From positions 66,225,351 through 66,289,350 of the forward strand of contig NC_057718.1 of NCBI RefSeq assembly GCF_004010195.1: a DNA stretch of 64,000 bases, in the 5' to 3' direction. This stretch comes from Chiloscyllium plagiosum (Eukaryota). Shown here piece by piece: positions 38,255 to 50,822 of this stretch (position 1 is the stretch's first letter; every line of letters starts with the position of its first letter). The notes beneath the pieces were generated by a model, which saw only the letters and a program-made list of their open reading frames with translations, was not told the DNA's origin and ran no database searches. Made by a program: the position numbers and the translations under genes.

Positions 38255-38690
38255 CGATGGCCTAGTGGTGTTATTGCTAGACTGTTAATCCAGAGACCCT
38301 AAATTGCTTGAAAAGCTCAGCAGGTTTAGCAGCACCTGTAGAGAGAAATCAGAATTAATGTTTCAGTAGAGTGACCTTTACTCCTCTAACATGTTGGGTA
38401 TCTGGGTTCAAATCCTGCCATAGCAGTTGGTGAAAATTAAATTCAATAATAATCTGGAAATAAAAGTCTATTGTGGCTATGAAACCATTGTCGATTGTCA
38501 GGAAAAACCCATCTGTTTCACTGGTGTCATTTATGGAAGCAAACTGCCATCCTTACCTGGTCTGGCCTACATGTGATTCTAGATCCATAGCAACATGGTT
38601 GATTTTTAACTGCCCTCTGGGCAATTAGGGATGGGAAACAAATGTGGTCTAGCCAGGCATGCCCACATCCCATTGATGAATTAAAAAGCA
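38255..38690 (+). mobile_element. Deu-domain/SacSINE-like SINE with a short Penelope insert (~38305-38385)
   Basis: tggcctagtgg A box, gggttcaaatcc B box, ctgccatccttacctggtctggcctacatgtga core. Confidence 0.7.
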
Positions 38691-40109
38691 TTATCTACCT
38701 GTTCTGATATGTTAAGGAGTCAGTAATATGCACACCAAGGTCCATCTGATCCATGCTGCTTTCTGGGATCTTATTGTTCGTCATATATTTCCTTGCCTTG
38801 TTTATCTGTTCCAAGTGCATTGCCTCATGTTTATCAAGATTTGAATTCCTTTTGCTACTGATTAGCATATCTGACCAGCCCATTCTATCCTCTTGTAGTC
38901 TAAAGGATTAGAAATGGATTAAAGAGGGAATATGCAAAATGTAGATTTGAGGTTAAAATCATATCAGCCATGATCCTATTGAATGATGGATCAGACTTCA
39001 AGGGCTGAGTGGTCTGCTTTTGTTCTTTGTCTGTATCTTTAATATGTCAACCTTACCCTGTCAAGCAACATCTTGATTTTAGAAAATCCTCATCCTTAAT
39101 TTCAACTCCTTTTCTGGCCTTGCCTTTTCCTATCGCTAATCTTCACCAAACCATATCTCAAACCGAAGGCTGATGTCTTGGTTTATAGGACAGCAGTGAT
39201 TCCTACAGGCCTATGATCCTTGAGGATTTTGACAACATCCAACAAAGACCTCTTGAATTTAAATCATAACACTGTATTGATTACCATACTTCCTGTTGCT
39301 TTGCAATAAACTCTTGAATTTTCTCTCTCAACCTCCCCACCTCACTTTCTCCCTTTAATTCATTACTTACAACCTTTTTCTTTTTGACTGTGTGTGACCT
39401 AATATTATCATATGTGGCTTAATGTTGTATTTGGTTTCAGAATTGCTCCTGTGAAGCAATTTGCTTTACTTTATTACTTTTGAAGAGGTCACATAGGCTG
39501 TTGCTATTAGCAATTTTGTCATCTTAGTTTTAGACCAAAGAATCTAAGAAGAAACCCAGTGTTCTTTGCATGACCTGGAGGCCTCTAGAGTTGGCCAGGG
39601 GCGGGGGGGGGGGGTCTGGGATGGTGGATAAAAAACAAATGATGCACCATCTGCTCTTGTGGTTCTTTCTAACACATCCAAATTGTGCTTATCTGGGTGG
39701 GAACTAATTAAACAATTTATAATCTTTCTCAAAAATGAATCTGGCAGGAAATGCACTCACTTTTAAAAAGTGAAATTTAAACTCTTTTGTAATTAAGAAC
39801 AGTCAAAGAGATTGCAGAATAATCATTTTTTATTTGAGGATATATATTACAAAGGAAATGCAGCTAAAAGCATGGAAAATTTCTTTTACCAAACTAGCCT
39901 GGGGCACCTTTGTTTCCTGCTTGCTGAGGCAAGCTGGAAAAACAATGGTACTTAGTGAATTACTTTACCAGAAGTTGAATAACAATAACTTCGCAAGCTG
40001 ACTATTGGCATCCTTCTAGATTATAAACATTCTATTATTCTAGATTGAGTATTCTAGCTCCCCTGAATATTCTGTTGGTAAAGGCAATAGAGACCCTCAA
40101 GATTAAGGG

Positions 40110-40430
40110 AGGCAATGGTGTAGTGGCAGCATCATTGGACTAGTAGCCAAGAATACCAAGGTAATGTTCTGAGGGGACAAAGGTTCAAGTACCAGTGGGG
40201 CTATATCTGTAATTAAAAAGCTAGTTTAATGGTGACCACATATCCACTATTGATTGTCATTTTAAAAAAATCTGATTTGCTGATGTCCTTTTTTATGGAT
40301 ATCTGGCTTACTTGTGACTCCAGAGTCACTAATATGATCAACTCATAACTGCCCTCTGGGAAATTAGAGATGGGAATTAAATACTGGTCTCGCCATCAAC
40401 TTCCACATCCCATGAAAGAATAAAACAAAA
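40110..40430 (+). mobile_element. Deu-domain/SacSINE-like SINE
   Basis: Homologous to 38255-38690. Confidence 0.65.
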
Positions 40431-40709
40431 ATCCCAGCTTTGTTTTGATGGAACTGATTTCAATGAGGACACTTACAGAAGCTGTTCAATGAACATTAGT
40501 GCTTGAATATTAGAAATAAAAGAACAGTAGCTGACCATTCGTGCCACCATTGACTGAAATCATGGCTGAACTATGACCTAACTTCATCCACCTGCCTTAG
40601 CTGAAATTTCATTTTTGCTAGCCAATAGTATAACAGAATCTAATTTTAAAGAAAGTGGTTTAACATCTGCTTTCTCTGGGAGAGAAATCCACACTTCTGT
40701 TACTTATTT

Positions 40710-41515
40710 CATAAGAATATAAGAACTAGGAGCAGGAGTAGACAATTCAACCCCTTGAGATTGCTCTGCCATTCACTTTGATCATGACTGATCTTATTTT
40801 GGTCTCAAGTCGACCTTCCTACCAACTTTCCATAACCCTTCAACCCTTCACTAATTAAAAACCTGTATCTCCTCCCTAAATTTACGCTGTATCATTGCAC
40901 CCACTGCACTCTGAAATTCCACAGATTCATGGTCCTTTGAAAGAAGTAATTCCTCTTCATCTGTTTTAAATCTTCTACCCTTTATCTTAAAACTACAGCC
41001 TCTTGTTCTAGATTGCCTGACATGAGGAAACTTCCTTTCTACGTTTACTTTGTCAATCCCCTTTAGCATCTTGTATACCTCAATTTGAATCCCTGAATGA
41101 GAGGAGATCTTCGATAGTAACACCATTGAATGTCAAGGGACGATGGTGAGATTGTCATTGCCTGGCATTTATATGGTGCGAATGTTAGTTCCAGCTGTCA
41201 GCCCAAACTTGAATGTTGTCCAGATCTTGTTGCATGGACTGCTTCAGTATCTGTGGAGCCATAAATGGAGCTGAATGTTGTGCAATCATCAGTGAACATC
41301 CCCACTTCAGACCTTATAATTGGAAGGTCATGGATGATGCAGCTGTCTAAACCCCACATGATCATACATTTTGTGTGACTTTTTTTCTTAAATGTTGCCT
41401 TGAAGTCCACATACACTACCTCCACAGGATCCCCATTATCCACTTGGCTAGTTACATAATCAACAAGATCCAGCAAATTAGTCAAATATGATTTACCCTT
41501 CATAAATCCATCCAT
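40710..41515 (-). mobile_element. Mosaic of decayed CR1 fragments
   Basis: GFMKGKSYLTNLL..VYVDF, MFTDDCT, SRTRGCSFKIKG; ataagaatataagaa tail. Confidence 0.75.
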
Positions 41516-42019
41516 TATATCAGCTCCATGTAAAGTAATGTCTGTAAGTCATTCTATGAACTTCTCTGAATTCCGATTTCCAAGCTTTGGCATTTCACTT
41601 GGCATATAAGTCAGATGGCACTTTTTTTTTGTTTCCCTCCATACCACATTTCCTTGTTCCCCACTGATACAAAAGGTGGGTACCTTGCCTTCCTTGAAAA
41701 TGGGTGCTAGTCACTAATTTTTAGTTACTATTTACTAGTACTTAATTATAGTCTCATTGGCTTGCTGTCTCTTATCCTTATCCTAAAGTACACTCTGAAG
41801 TGTTTTGTTTGAAATTCGAAACATAATATCTGGTAAATATACTACACGCAACACCATTAAACACCATGTGTTTATTTAGCATGTGATTTTTGTTACTGGT
41901 GGAAAATAATCCTTTAAAAGACAAATTGTTAGACATTTATTAATAACTTCTTTTGACAACCACCTGTAGTTACATGGATTTACTAGTTTATATGACTTCT
42001 CAGCATCACTGCACCACAG

Positions 42020-42915
42020 CATCTCAGCAGTACCAAAATTAGAGGTGTAGTGGACAATGAAGAAGGTTATCTCGTTTACAATGGGATCTTGATCAGATGG
42101 GCCAATGGGCTAAGGAGTGGCAGATAAATGTATATTTTGGAAAAGCAAATTTTAATAGGACTTAATGGTCCTCATGATAATGGTCCTTTGTTCAGCAACA
42201 CTCCTGGGGAGTGTTGCTGAACAAAGAGACCTTGAAGTGCAGTTTCATAGCTCCTTGAAAGTAAAGTCGCAGGTAGATAGAATAGTGAAGAAGGCATTTG
42301 GTATGCTTGCCTTTATTAGACAGAGCATTGAGTATACAAGTTGGGAGGTCATGTTGTGGCTGTACAAGACATTGGTTCGGCCACTTGTGGAACATTGCAT
42401 GCAGTTCTCGTATCCCTGCTTTAGGAAGGATGTTGTGAAATTTGAAAGGATTCAGAAAAGGTTTACAAGGATATTGCCAGGTTTGATGGATTTGAGTTAT
42501 AAGGGAGAGGTTGAATAGACTGGAGCAGTTTCCCCTGGAGTGTCGGAGGCTGAGGGGTGACCTTATCATGGTTAATAAAATCATGAGGGACACGGATAGG
42601 GTACATGGATGAGGTCTTTTTCCTGGGGTGGGGGAATCCAGAACTAGAGAGCATTGGTTCAGGGTGAGAGGGGAAAGATAAAAAGGGAGCTAAAGGGCAC
42701 ATATTCATGCAGAGGGTAGTGTATGGATGGAATGAGCTCCCAGAGGAAGTGGTGGAGGTTGGTGCAATTACAGTATTTAAAAGGCATCTGGATGGGTATA
42801 TGAATAGGAAGGGTTTAGAGGGATATGGGCCAAGTGCTAGATTGGGATATTTGGTTGGCATGGACAAGTTGGCCTGAAGGGTCTGTCTCAGTGCTGTACA
42901 TCTGTGACTCTGACA
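42020..42915 (+). mobile_element. CR1 3' fragment
   Basis: LGSVAEQRDL..LYKTLVRPLVEHC; tgactctgac tail. Confidence 0.92.
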
Positions 42916-42934
42916 CTACTTTAGTGGTTTTAAA

Positions 42935-43800
42935 GTAGGCAGGCAGGAGGCTGGAAGAACATGGCAAGCCAGGCAGCACCAGGAGATAGAGAAGTCGATG
43001 TTTCGGGTGTAACCCTTCTTCAGAACTGGGGTGGGTGGAGGGGGAGCTGCAGGTAAAGGTGGTGGCGGGGGCAGATGGTGAAGTGGGGTTAGGGGAAGAT
43101 AGGTAGAGGGTATGACCTGGTTGGTCAGTAGGAGGAATGAATCTGGTTGGTAGCTGGGAGGAGTGGAAAGGATGGGGAGGGGCTGTGAAGGGAGTCGGGG
43201 AAGGTGAAGGGAGGATATTTGAAATTGGAGAACTCCATATTGAGTTTTCAGGGCTATGGCAGTAGTGTTCCTTCAATGTGCGAAGTGGTTCATTTTGGCA
43301 ATGGAGGAGGCCAAGGATGGTCATGTTGGAAAGGGAGTGGGAAGGGGAATCGAAATGGGCAGTGACTGGGAGGTCCAGTCAGTCCCTGCGGGTCCGGTTG
43401 AGATGCTCAGCAAACTGTTTCCTAAGTTTACGTTCATTCTCTCCAATATCAAGAAGTCCACATCGGAAGCACCTGATGCAATACACTAGGTTGGAAGAGA
43501 GGCAGGTGAACCTCTGTCTCACCTGGAAAGACTGTTTGGGACTCTGGATGGAGGTGAGAGGTGTGGTGAGCTGGTAGCTTTCACATCTTTTGTGGTTGCA
43601 GGGGGGCGGTGGGAGTGTGGCACAAACCAAGGACTGCTGAAGGGAACAGACCTTGTGGAAGGCAGAGAGGGATAGGGAGGGGGAAGATGTTCTTGGTGGT
43701 AATGTCTAGATGGAGTTGGCAGAAGTATTTAAGGATTATGCTTTGGATATGGAGACTGGTGGGGTGGTAGATGAGGACAAGGGGCTTCTGTCTTTCTGGT
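42935..43800 (-). mobile_element. Penelope-like 3' part (GIY-YIG) with hammerhead-like motif at 42994-43026
   Basis: FQVRQRFTCLSSNLVYCIRCFRCGLLDIGE; GUU-CUGAAGA-A-GGGU(UAC)ACCC-GAAAC-AUC-GAC. Confidence 0.88.
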
Positions 43801-45029
43801 TTTAAAGAGTCATCAGGTTTGTAAGTATGTTAGCTGCTTGAAAGTCAAGTTTTTCTTAATATGGTAGATACCATAGACTTTGAGTCTTCAGATTAGAATT
43901 TGTGAACACTAGCACTTTTGTGGAACTTTTGAAATTGAAAAATTTCAATGTTGGGCTTTTTGGGGGAAAAAATGAATATAGCACTGACCATAAGTAATAT
44001 TTGTAGATGTTTGCATATACTTCATTGCATTGGTATTTGTGACTAAGTACAAGATTTTTTGAAAAGTGCAATAATCTCACCCTTTTTTTTAGCATGTTTA
44101 TGCTTAAACTCAGATTGGAGACCTAAAACGACTAGTTAATGATCCTGCAGATTTAGTCTGGTGATTTGGTAAATCAATAAATTTAGAAATTTTAGTTTCT
44201 GAATTTTACAAGTACTGTCAGCTGTAGAATACAAGTTTCTGAATTTATGGACAGCTTGTGAGGAATCACAGGTCATAATCACAGAACTGACCTAACATTG
44301 ATAGCTTTACATTGGTAAGTTGCTTTCTAATCATCATATTATAAGACTGCTTCCTCTATCAAGATTTAACTCCATCCCATCTTCCCAGCAAATAGTCCCA
44401 TCAGGAACATAATTAGAAATGTAATAGCCATTCCAGAGACGTCATTACAGAGTTACTGAATCTGGGAGCTACATATTGCTGGAAAATTGACTTTTAGGGA
44501 GTGGCAAAATAAGCAAAAGAAAAGGATTAGCTTTGATAAAGGACTGGATAGAAACAGTGGCGAGAAGATGCTCACTCAGAAAAACAAAGATGGAGAATAG
44601 GTGGAGCTCAGACCACAATAATGTGAAAAGACACTCCTAAGCTTAGTTCCCTAATGGCAGTTACTGTCAAGTAAAGCGTAAATCAGGAAATTGAAGTGCA
44701 TATATTAAGGATAATACAGCCACGGGGGAACTTTAATCTTCCAGTGTTCTGGGAAAACTAAAGGTGTGGTAATTGTGAATTTATGGAATGCATTCAAGGT
44801 AGTTTCTAGATCAGTAAGCTGAGAAGTCAACAGTCTATTTTAATTTACCATGTCTTATTGCCAAATGGTAAAACTAACAACCTTGTAGTAAAGGAGCCTT
44901 TGGGCAAGACTGTAAAATAATACTTCAAATTTGAGTAATTTTGCTAAGGTCGTAAAGCTGATTTAATTTAATTTATGAATTAAGTTTTTCACAAATTTCC
45001 TGGACTCATGGCCTATATTCTGTTTCTTT

Positions 45030-46552
45030 CAAAGAGGGAACGTGTGCCTAGAATCTGAAGAGCTAGGGGAGGCCCTAAATAGCTGTTTTGCTTCAGTATT
45101 CACTAGAGAGAGTGACGTTATTGACAGTGAGAACACTGTGGACCAGGTTAATAGGCTTGAACAGATTGATATTAAGGAAGTGGATGTACTAGAAATTCTG
45201 GGAAGCATCAAGATGGATAACTCCCCAGATATATCCAAGGTTACTGCGGGAAGTGAGGAATGAGTTTGCTATGCTTCTGGCAATGATCTTTGCATACTCG
45301 CTCTCCACGGGAGTAGTATTGGATGATTGGAGGGAGGTGAATGTTGTTCCTCTGTTCAAGAAAGGGAATTGGAAAATCCCTGGGAATTACATACCAGTCA
45401 GTCTTTCTTCTGTGGTAAGCAAGATACTGGAAAGGATTCTGGGTGTTAGGATTTATGACTATTTGGGAAAAATATAGCTTGATTAAAGGTAGTTAGCACG
45501 GCTTTGTGAGGGGCAGGTCATGCCTCACAAACCTTTTGAGTTCTTTGAGGATATGACATGACAAATTGATGAAGATCGAGCAGTGGATGCGGTATATATG
45601 AATTTCAGTAAGGAATTTGATAAGGTTATCTATGGTAGGCTCTTTCAGAAAGTTAGGAGGTTTGGCATACAAGGAGGTTTGGCTGGCTGAATATAGAATT
45701 GGCTGGCCAAAAGAAGACAGCCAGTGGTAGTGGATGGAAAGTATCCTGCCTGGATGTCAGTGACGAGTGATATCTTGCAGGGATCTGTTCTTGGGCCTCT
45801 GGTCTTTAAAGATTTTATAAATGAGTTGGTTGAAGAAGTGGAAGGGTGGGTTGGTAAGTTTGCCAATGCCACAAAGGTCGGTGGTGTTATAGATAGTGTT
45901 GAGGGCTGTTGCAGGCTACAACAAGACGTTGACAGGATGCAGTGCTGGGCTGAGAAGTGGTAGATGGAGTTCAACCTGGATAAATGCAAAGTGATTTATT
46001 TTGGTAGGTTGAATTTCAATGCTGAATACAAGGTTAAAGACAGGATTCTTGGCAGTGTGGAGGAACAGTGGGATGTTGGGGTCCATGTCCATAGATCCTT
46101 CAAAGTTGCCACCCAAGTTGATAGGTTGTTAAGGTGTATGGTGTTTGGCTTTCATTAACAAGGGGATTGAGTTTACGAACTATCAGATTTTACTGCAACT
46201 CTATCAAACCCTAGTTAGACCACACTTGGAATATTGTGTCCAGTTCTGGTTGCCTCATTATAGGAAGGATGTAGATGCTTTGGAGAGGGTGTAGAAGAGA
46301 TTTCCTAGGATGCTGCTTGGATTGGAGGGCATGTCTTATGAAGAGAGATTGAGTGAGGTCAGGCTTTTCGCACTGGAAGAGAGGTGACTTGATAGAGGTG
46401 TACAAGGCAATGAGAGGAATAGGTAGAGTCGATAGCCAGAGACCTTTTCCCCAGGGCAGAAATGGCTGTCATAATTTTAAGGTGATTGGAGGAAGGTATA
46501 GGGGAGATGTCAGAGGTAGGTTCTTTAAACAGAGAATGGTGGGTGCATGCAA
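45030..46552 (+). mobile_element. CR1 LINE RT region, disrupted
   Basis: PGNYIPVSLSSVV, ILQGSVLGPLVF, MEFNLDKCKV motifs. Confidence 0.93.
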
Positions 46553-46859
46553 CATAGTAAGTGATAAAAACATAACGCAGGGGTTTTATACATCACTGTC
46601 ATACTTTTTTTTTGAACCACACTAATCACTTAAATAATGTAACTTTGCCTTGAATGACATTTACCAGCAGAGAGCTTTCTCACTCTCACACACCCTCAAC
46701 TGACTCCTTGGACATTGCAGAAGTTGTGATAATACAGTACACTATTGATATTTGAGGTATATAACTTTTGGTTTATCAAGTGCTGGTTTATAAGGTGCTA
46801 GTTAAAACAAAGTTTGCTGTGTAGGGAAATGAAGGGTATGAAGATTTTCTTGTACACTA

Positions 46860-47245
46860 ATCAAGGAAAATGAACAGGCAGACGCAACAAGCAATTATGA
46901 AGACAAATGGTATATTGACCTTCATTGCAAAAGGATTTGAATTCAGAAGTCAGGGTGTCTTATTGCAGTTACACAGGGCATTGAGATCCAGCTAGAGTAT
47001 TGTGAGAGAGTGAAACAAAGGTTCACTAGGCAGACATCTGGGATGACAGGACTGTCCTGTGATAGGTCAGTTCAACTGGCCTTGTATCCACTAGAGTTTA
47101 GAATATTGAGGGGAGACGATTTAAATCGGGCTGGAAAGACTAGATGCAGGGACAGTGTTTGTTTTTTTTTCCCTGCTTGGGGTGTCTAGAACCAAGAGTC
47201 ACAGTATCAAAATAGTGGGTAAACCATTTGGGACTGAAATTGGGA
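46860..47245 (+). mobile_element. Old CR1 3' fragment
   Basis: ccttcattgcaaaaggatttga..., tctagaaccaagagtcacagt motifs. Confidence 0.7.
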
Positions 47246-47666
47246 GAGGGGAGCGATGAACAAGTGGGAACAGGGTGTCGGGTGATGGGAATGGTGAGCA
47301 GGAAGGGATAAGGGAGAGCTGGAAAGAGAAGAGACAGGAAGTGCTTTATAAAAGCAGACTAAGCATGTACAAGTATGGCACAGTTCTTGGCGCATCTGTA
47401 GAAATTGCGCTAAAATGAAAATGGACATCATGGGGCCATGGCTGGCACAACTATTCAGATAAGTTCCCTAATTTGCAAACTGCTCAAACAAAGCACACTG
47501 CAAGAAGACACTTTAAATGATGGATGTGTGTGTTCCAAAGGGTAGTTATCCCTGGTGTCCTGGCCAAACTTTATCCCTCCAACTAATCAGATGATCTAGT
47601 CATTATTGCACTTTTATTTTAAGAATTGGTTTCCAACAATACAGCAGTTGACTGCGTTTTAATAAA

Positions 47667-49194
47667 TTAACCTGGATTTGGTTGCAAGAAAGCGAATTAT
47701 CCATGCATGTGGCTAATCTTATCATACTTACCTGGTACCCATGAATTATGTTTCTTAATACTTGTGTAGTCCTTGTACCCTCCTACCCACCTTTCCCGTT
47801 CTTTCTTCCTTTTTTTTTCTTCCATTTCTACAGCTGAATTTGGACAGTTGAGACTTCCATAAAACTCTATAACCTGGGTGCTTTGTAGCCGAGCAAAACA
47901 GATGATATCTGTGACTCCTCACTTCATCCCATTAACCGTGCCCTATCATCATCATCAAGTAAATCTTAAATAAACTACCAAACTAGAATGTTCTGACAAA
48001 ACATTCAGAGCTTTGGGGTGGCATGGTAGCTCAGTGCTTAGCACTGTTGCCTCAGCACTAGGGACCCGAGTTCGATTCCTGCCTCTAGCGACTGTGCAAC
48101 TCCACACAGACATTCTCCCCATGTCTGCTTGTTTTCTCTGGGTTCTCTGGTTTCCTCCCACAGTCCAAAAGATATGCAGGTTAGGTGAATTGGCAATGCT
48201 AAATTGTCCATTGTGTTCAGGGATGTGTAGGTTAGGTGCATTTAGACAGGGGAATGGGTCTGGGTGGGTTACTCTTCAAAGGGTTGATGTGGACTTGGGC
48301 CAAAGGACCTGTTTCCACACTGTCGGGATTCTAATTCTCAAAATTATTTATACCTGCAAATTGAATGTATGAATGATTTTAAATACTGTTATAGTCTATT
48401 AGAACTCTTAATTATGATTTTAATTTAGATTTGCAGTATTGAAGCTCTAAACTTTAAAATTAATCCTGTAGTATGGAATTTCTTAAGTCTAAACAGTTTA
48501 ACAACTGAATTCTTGCATTTTTCTCTCAAAGATTTACATACTTAGCCTCATGTTGTGATACAGGAAGCATATAGATTCATGATGACGTTCCTGCATCTGC
48601 TTGTAATAAACTCCTACAGAAATTGTGTTTCCTTTTGTATTTGGATTTAGGAGAGGAGATGTTTGAGGTGAATGAAACAAATATTGAAGGGGCACCAACA
48701 ATTGAGCTGAGTGGACTGAAATTATCAAACTAAACTTTCATAAATAGAAATGTTTGTTGCTTTTAAACATTGCCTTGACTCAGTAACATTTTAAACATTG
48801 TATGAACATGGAAATTCTGTGGCAGAGTTGAATTCACTACTTAATTCGTATTGAATCATTCAAACTCCCTTGACAGCCCAAGGTCTAGCGTGACTGAAAC
48901 ATTTTAGACTGAAAGTTGTGGTTTCAATCTACAGTCTGTACTCGCTCAGCTAATCCCAGCCTAGGCAGCAGTTAAAACCACACAATTATCCTCAGCTTTG
49001 GGCTACAAAGATTAAAACAAAGTTGGGCTCCTTAGCTTGGCCAGCTTTCTGTAGCCTCTTGTGAGCATCCTGTGAAGGCAGAATCTCATCATTCTCAGGT
49101 ACCTCTACCCTACCACAGTGCTTTGTTAGGTAAGTATGATAAGATTAGCCACATGCATGGATAATTCGCTTTCTTGCAACCAAATCCAGGTTAA
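47667..49194. repeat. Perfect 67-bp inverted repeat pair (47667-47733 / 49128-49194)
   Basis: Exact reverse-complement match checked base by base; outer ends TTAA. Confidence 0.97.
48015..48335 (+). mobile_element. HE1-type SINE, diverged
   Basis: A box (tagctcagtgcttag), B box (gagttcgattcc), typical body and tail. Confidence 0.88.
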
Positions 49195-50709
49195 GTGCCC
49201 CAAGGGGGAGGAAGACCCATTAATAGAACTTCACTGGTACAAGATTTTCATGGAGACTGATAGTGTTAGTAAACGTAGGATGTGGGTTTCTTCTGGGATT
49301 TGAATTCCACTTGTCCAGTAATCAACTGTCTGTAATTGACCACCACTCTCTTCTTTTGTAGGTGAGGTTTTTGAACAATATTGTTGTCCAGGTTGTCATT
49401 TTGTGAATAGGCAGACATCTGTTCCAATCTGTCATTTAAAGGGAGCAAATTTCATTTGCCGCAAAATCAGGAGCATAAGGCACTCATTTTAGTCACTGCT
49501 GTTCACACCTACAGACCATTTTAGGAAACACTGAGTGAAAAGGACTTGCCTCCACATGTGTGCACTCAACAGCTCTTGAAGGTTAATACCGGCGTTTTAG
49601 CCTGATTGGGCTTTTCTATTTGAAAGTATATTTTAAAATTTTTAATGTTTAGAGTATCAGGAATGTTGGAAATGCTTATTTGGCCCTGTTCCTACTACCT
49701 CATCCCTATCCCTGTCCAGCTGCTGCTATGCATTCCACTTCAGCTTGGATGAAACATTGCACATGATAGTTCACATAAGAAACAAAAACCAATAGTTGAA
49801 ATTGAAAATAAGTCAAACTTGAAAAACTTTCATACATGTTCATCAGAATTGTTGTGGTCTCATTATAGTTAGTGTAAAAACAATGCATTTTAAATGTATT
49901 GTGAGAGTTTTTGATACAAAAAAAGGAAGAACTATCATTAGGAAGTAGTAAATCTATTTTGTGTAAGAAGGCAATAGATAATAGAGCTAACTTAATTCTA
50001 TGTTAGCTTGCCGTTTATTAGAAAAGTAGGTGGAACTATTCAAGATGGAAAAAAAATCTACACACTCTATCACAATTTTTGCATAACTTCTACCCAAGTT
50101 CTTGAGTGGTGATGAGGTCAGAGAAAGAAAAATTCAGTATTTTGGGGAGCGTGCTCATGCTCCTGAATTGTAGGTAAGGAAAAGCAATTGTATGCTGGAC
50201 CCAAATTTGAATCCTGGAAAATGACTGAGAAAATGATCTAACCTGTGATTTAGATTCTGCATGAGTAACATCAGAGGTTGCGGGACAATAGATAAAGTAT
50301 TTCAAAAACAGAAATGTTGGCAAAAGATAAGACTACTGTATGGAATATCTAAGTTTTTGTTTTCTCTTTGTCTTTAAGGCATGAGTATGATTAGTGACTT
50401 GTGTGTACTCATACCAGAATCTGGCCTCGAACAGAATACAAATCAGATGTTGTCCACATCAGATGGTGGCTTTCAACCAAATGGATTAAAACAATAATTT
50501 CCAGATAACTGGCAAAACTACTGGAAAACATTCATCATGTCCAAAAATATTTTTAAAGTCACCTTTTTTGATGTTACAGAAATTAAATGTTCTAGGATTC
50601 AATGATTAATGCAATAGCATCAAACCCCTCATGGCAGAAGATAACAACATTCTGATATTCACTTATGATTCTCTTAATTGTCCTTTAACTTTTTGTTTTG
50701 TTTGCCCAG

Positions 50710-50822
50710 GTTTCAACCAGCACTCAAATTTGCGTGGAGTCATTCTTTGTATAACGGTCAGGCAAATGTAATTGTTTCAGGAAATGTATTCATTTAAACT
50801 TGCCCTGGAATTCCTTCATGAG
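50710..50822 (+). other. Candidate non-coding (UTR-type) exon
   Basis: Strong acceptor (ctttttgttttgtttgcccag) and GAG|gtaatt donor; stops in all three frames. Confidence 0.3.

Noticed and set aside
47724..47735. ATACTTACCTGG as a U1 snRNA gene or pseudogene
   Set aside because: The match stops after 12 nt, and the rest of U1 is absent.
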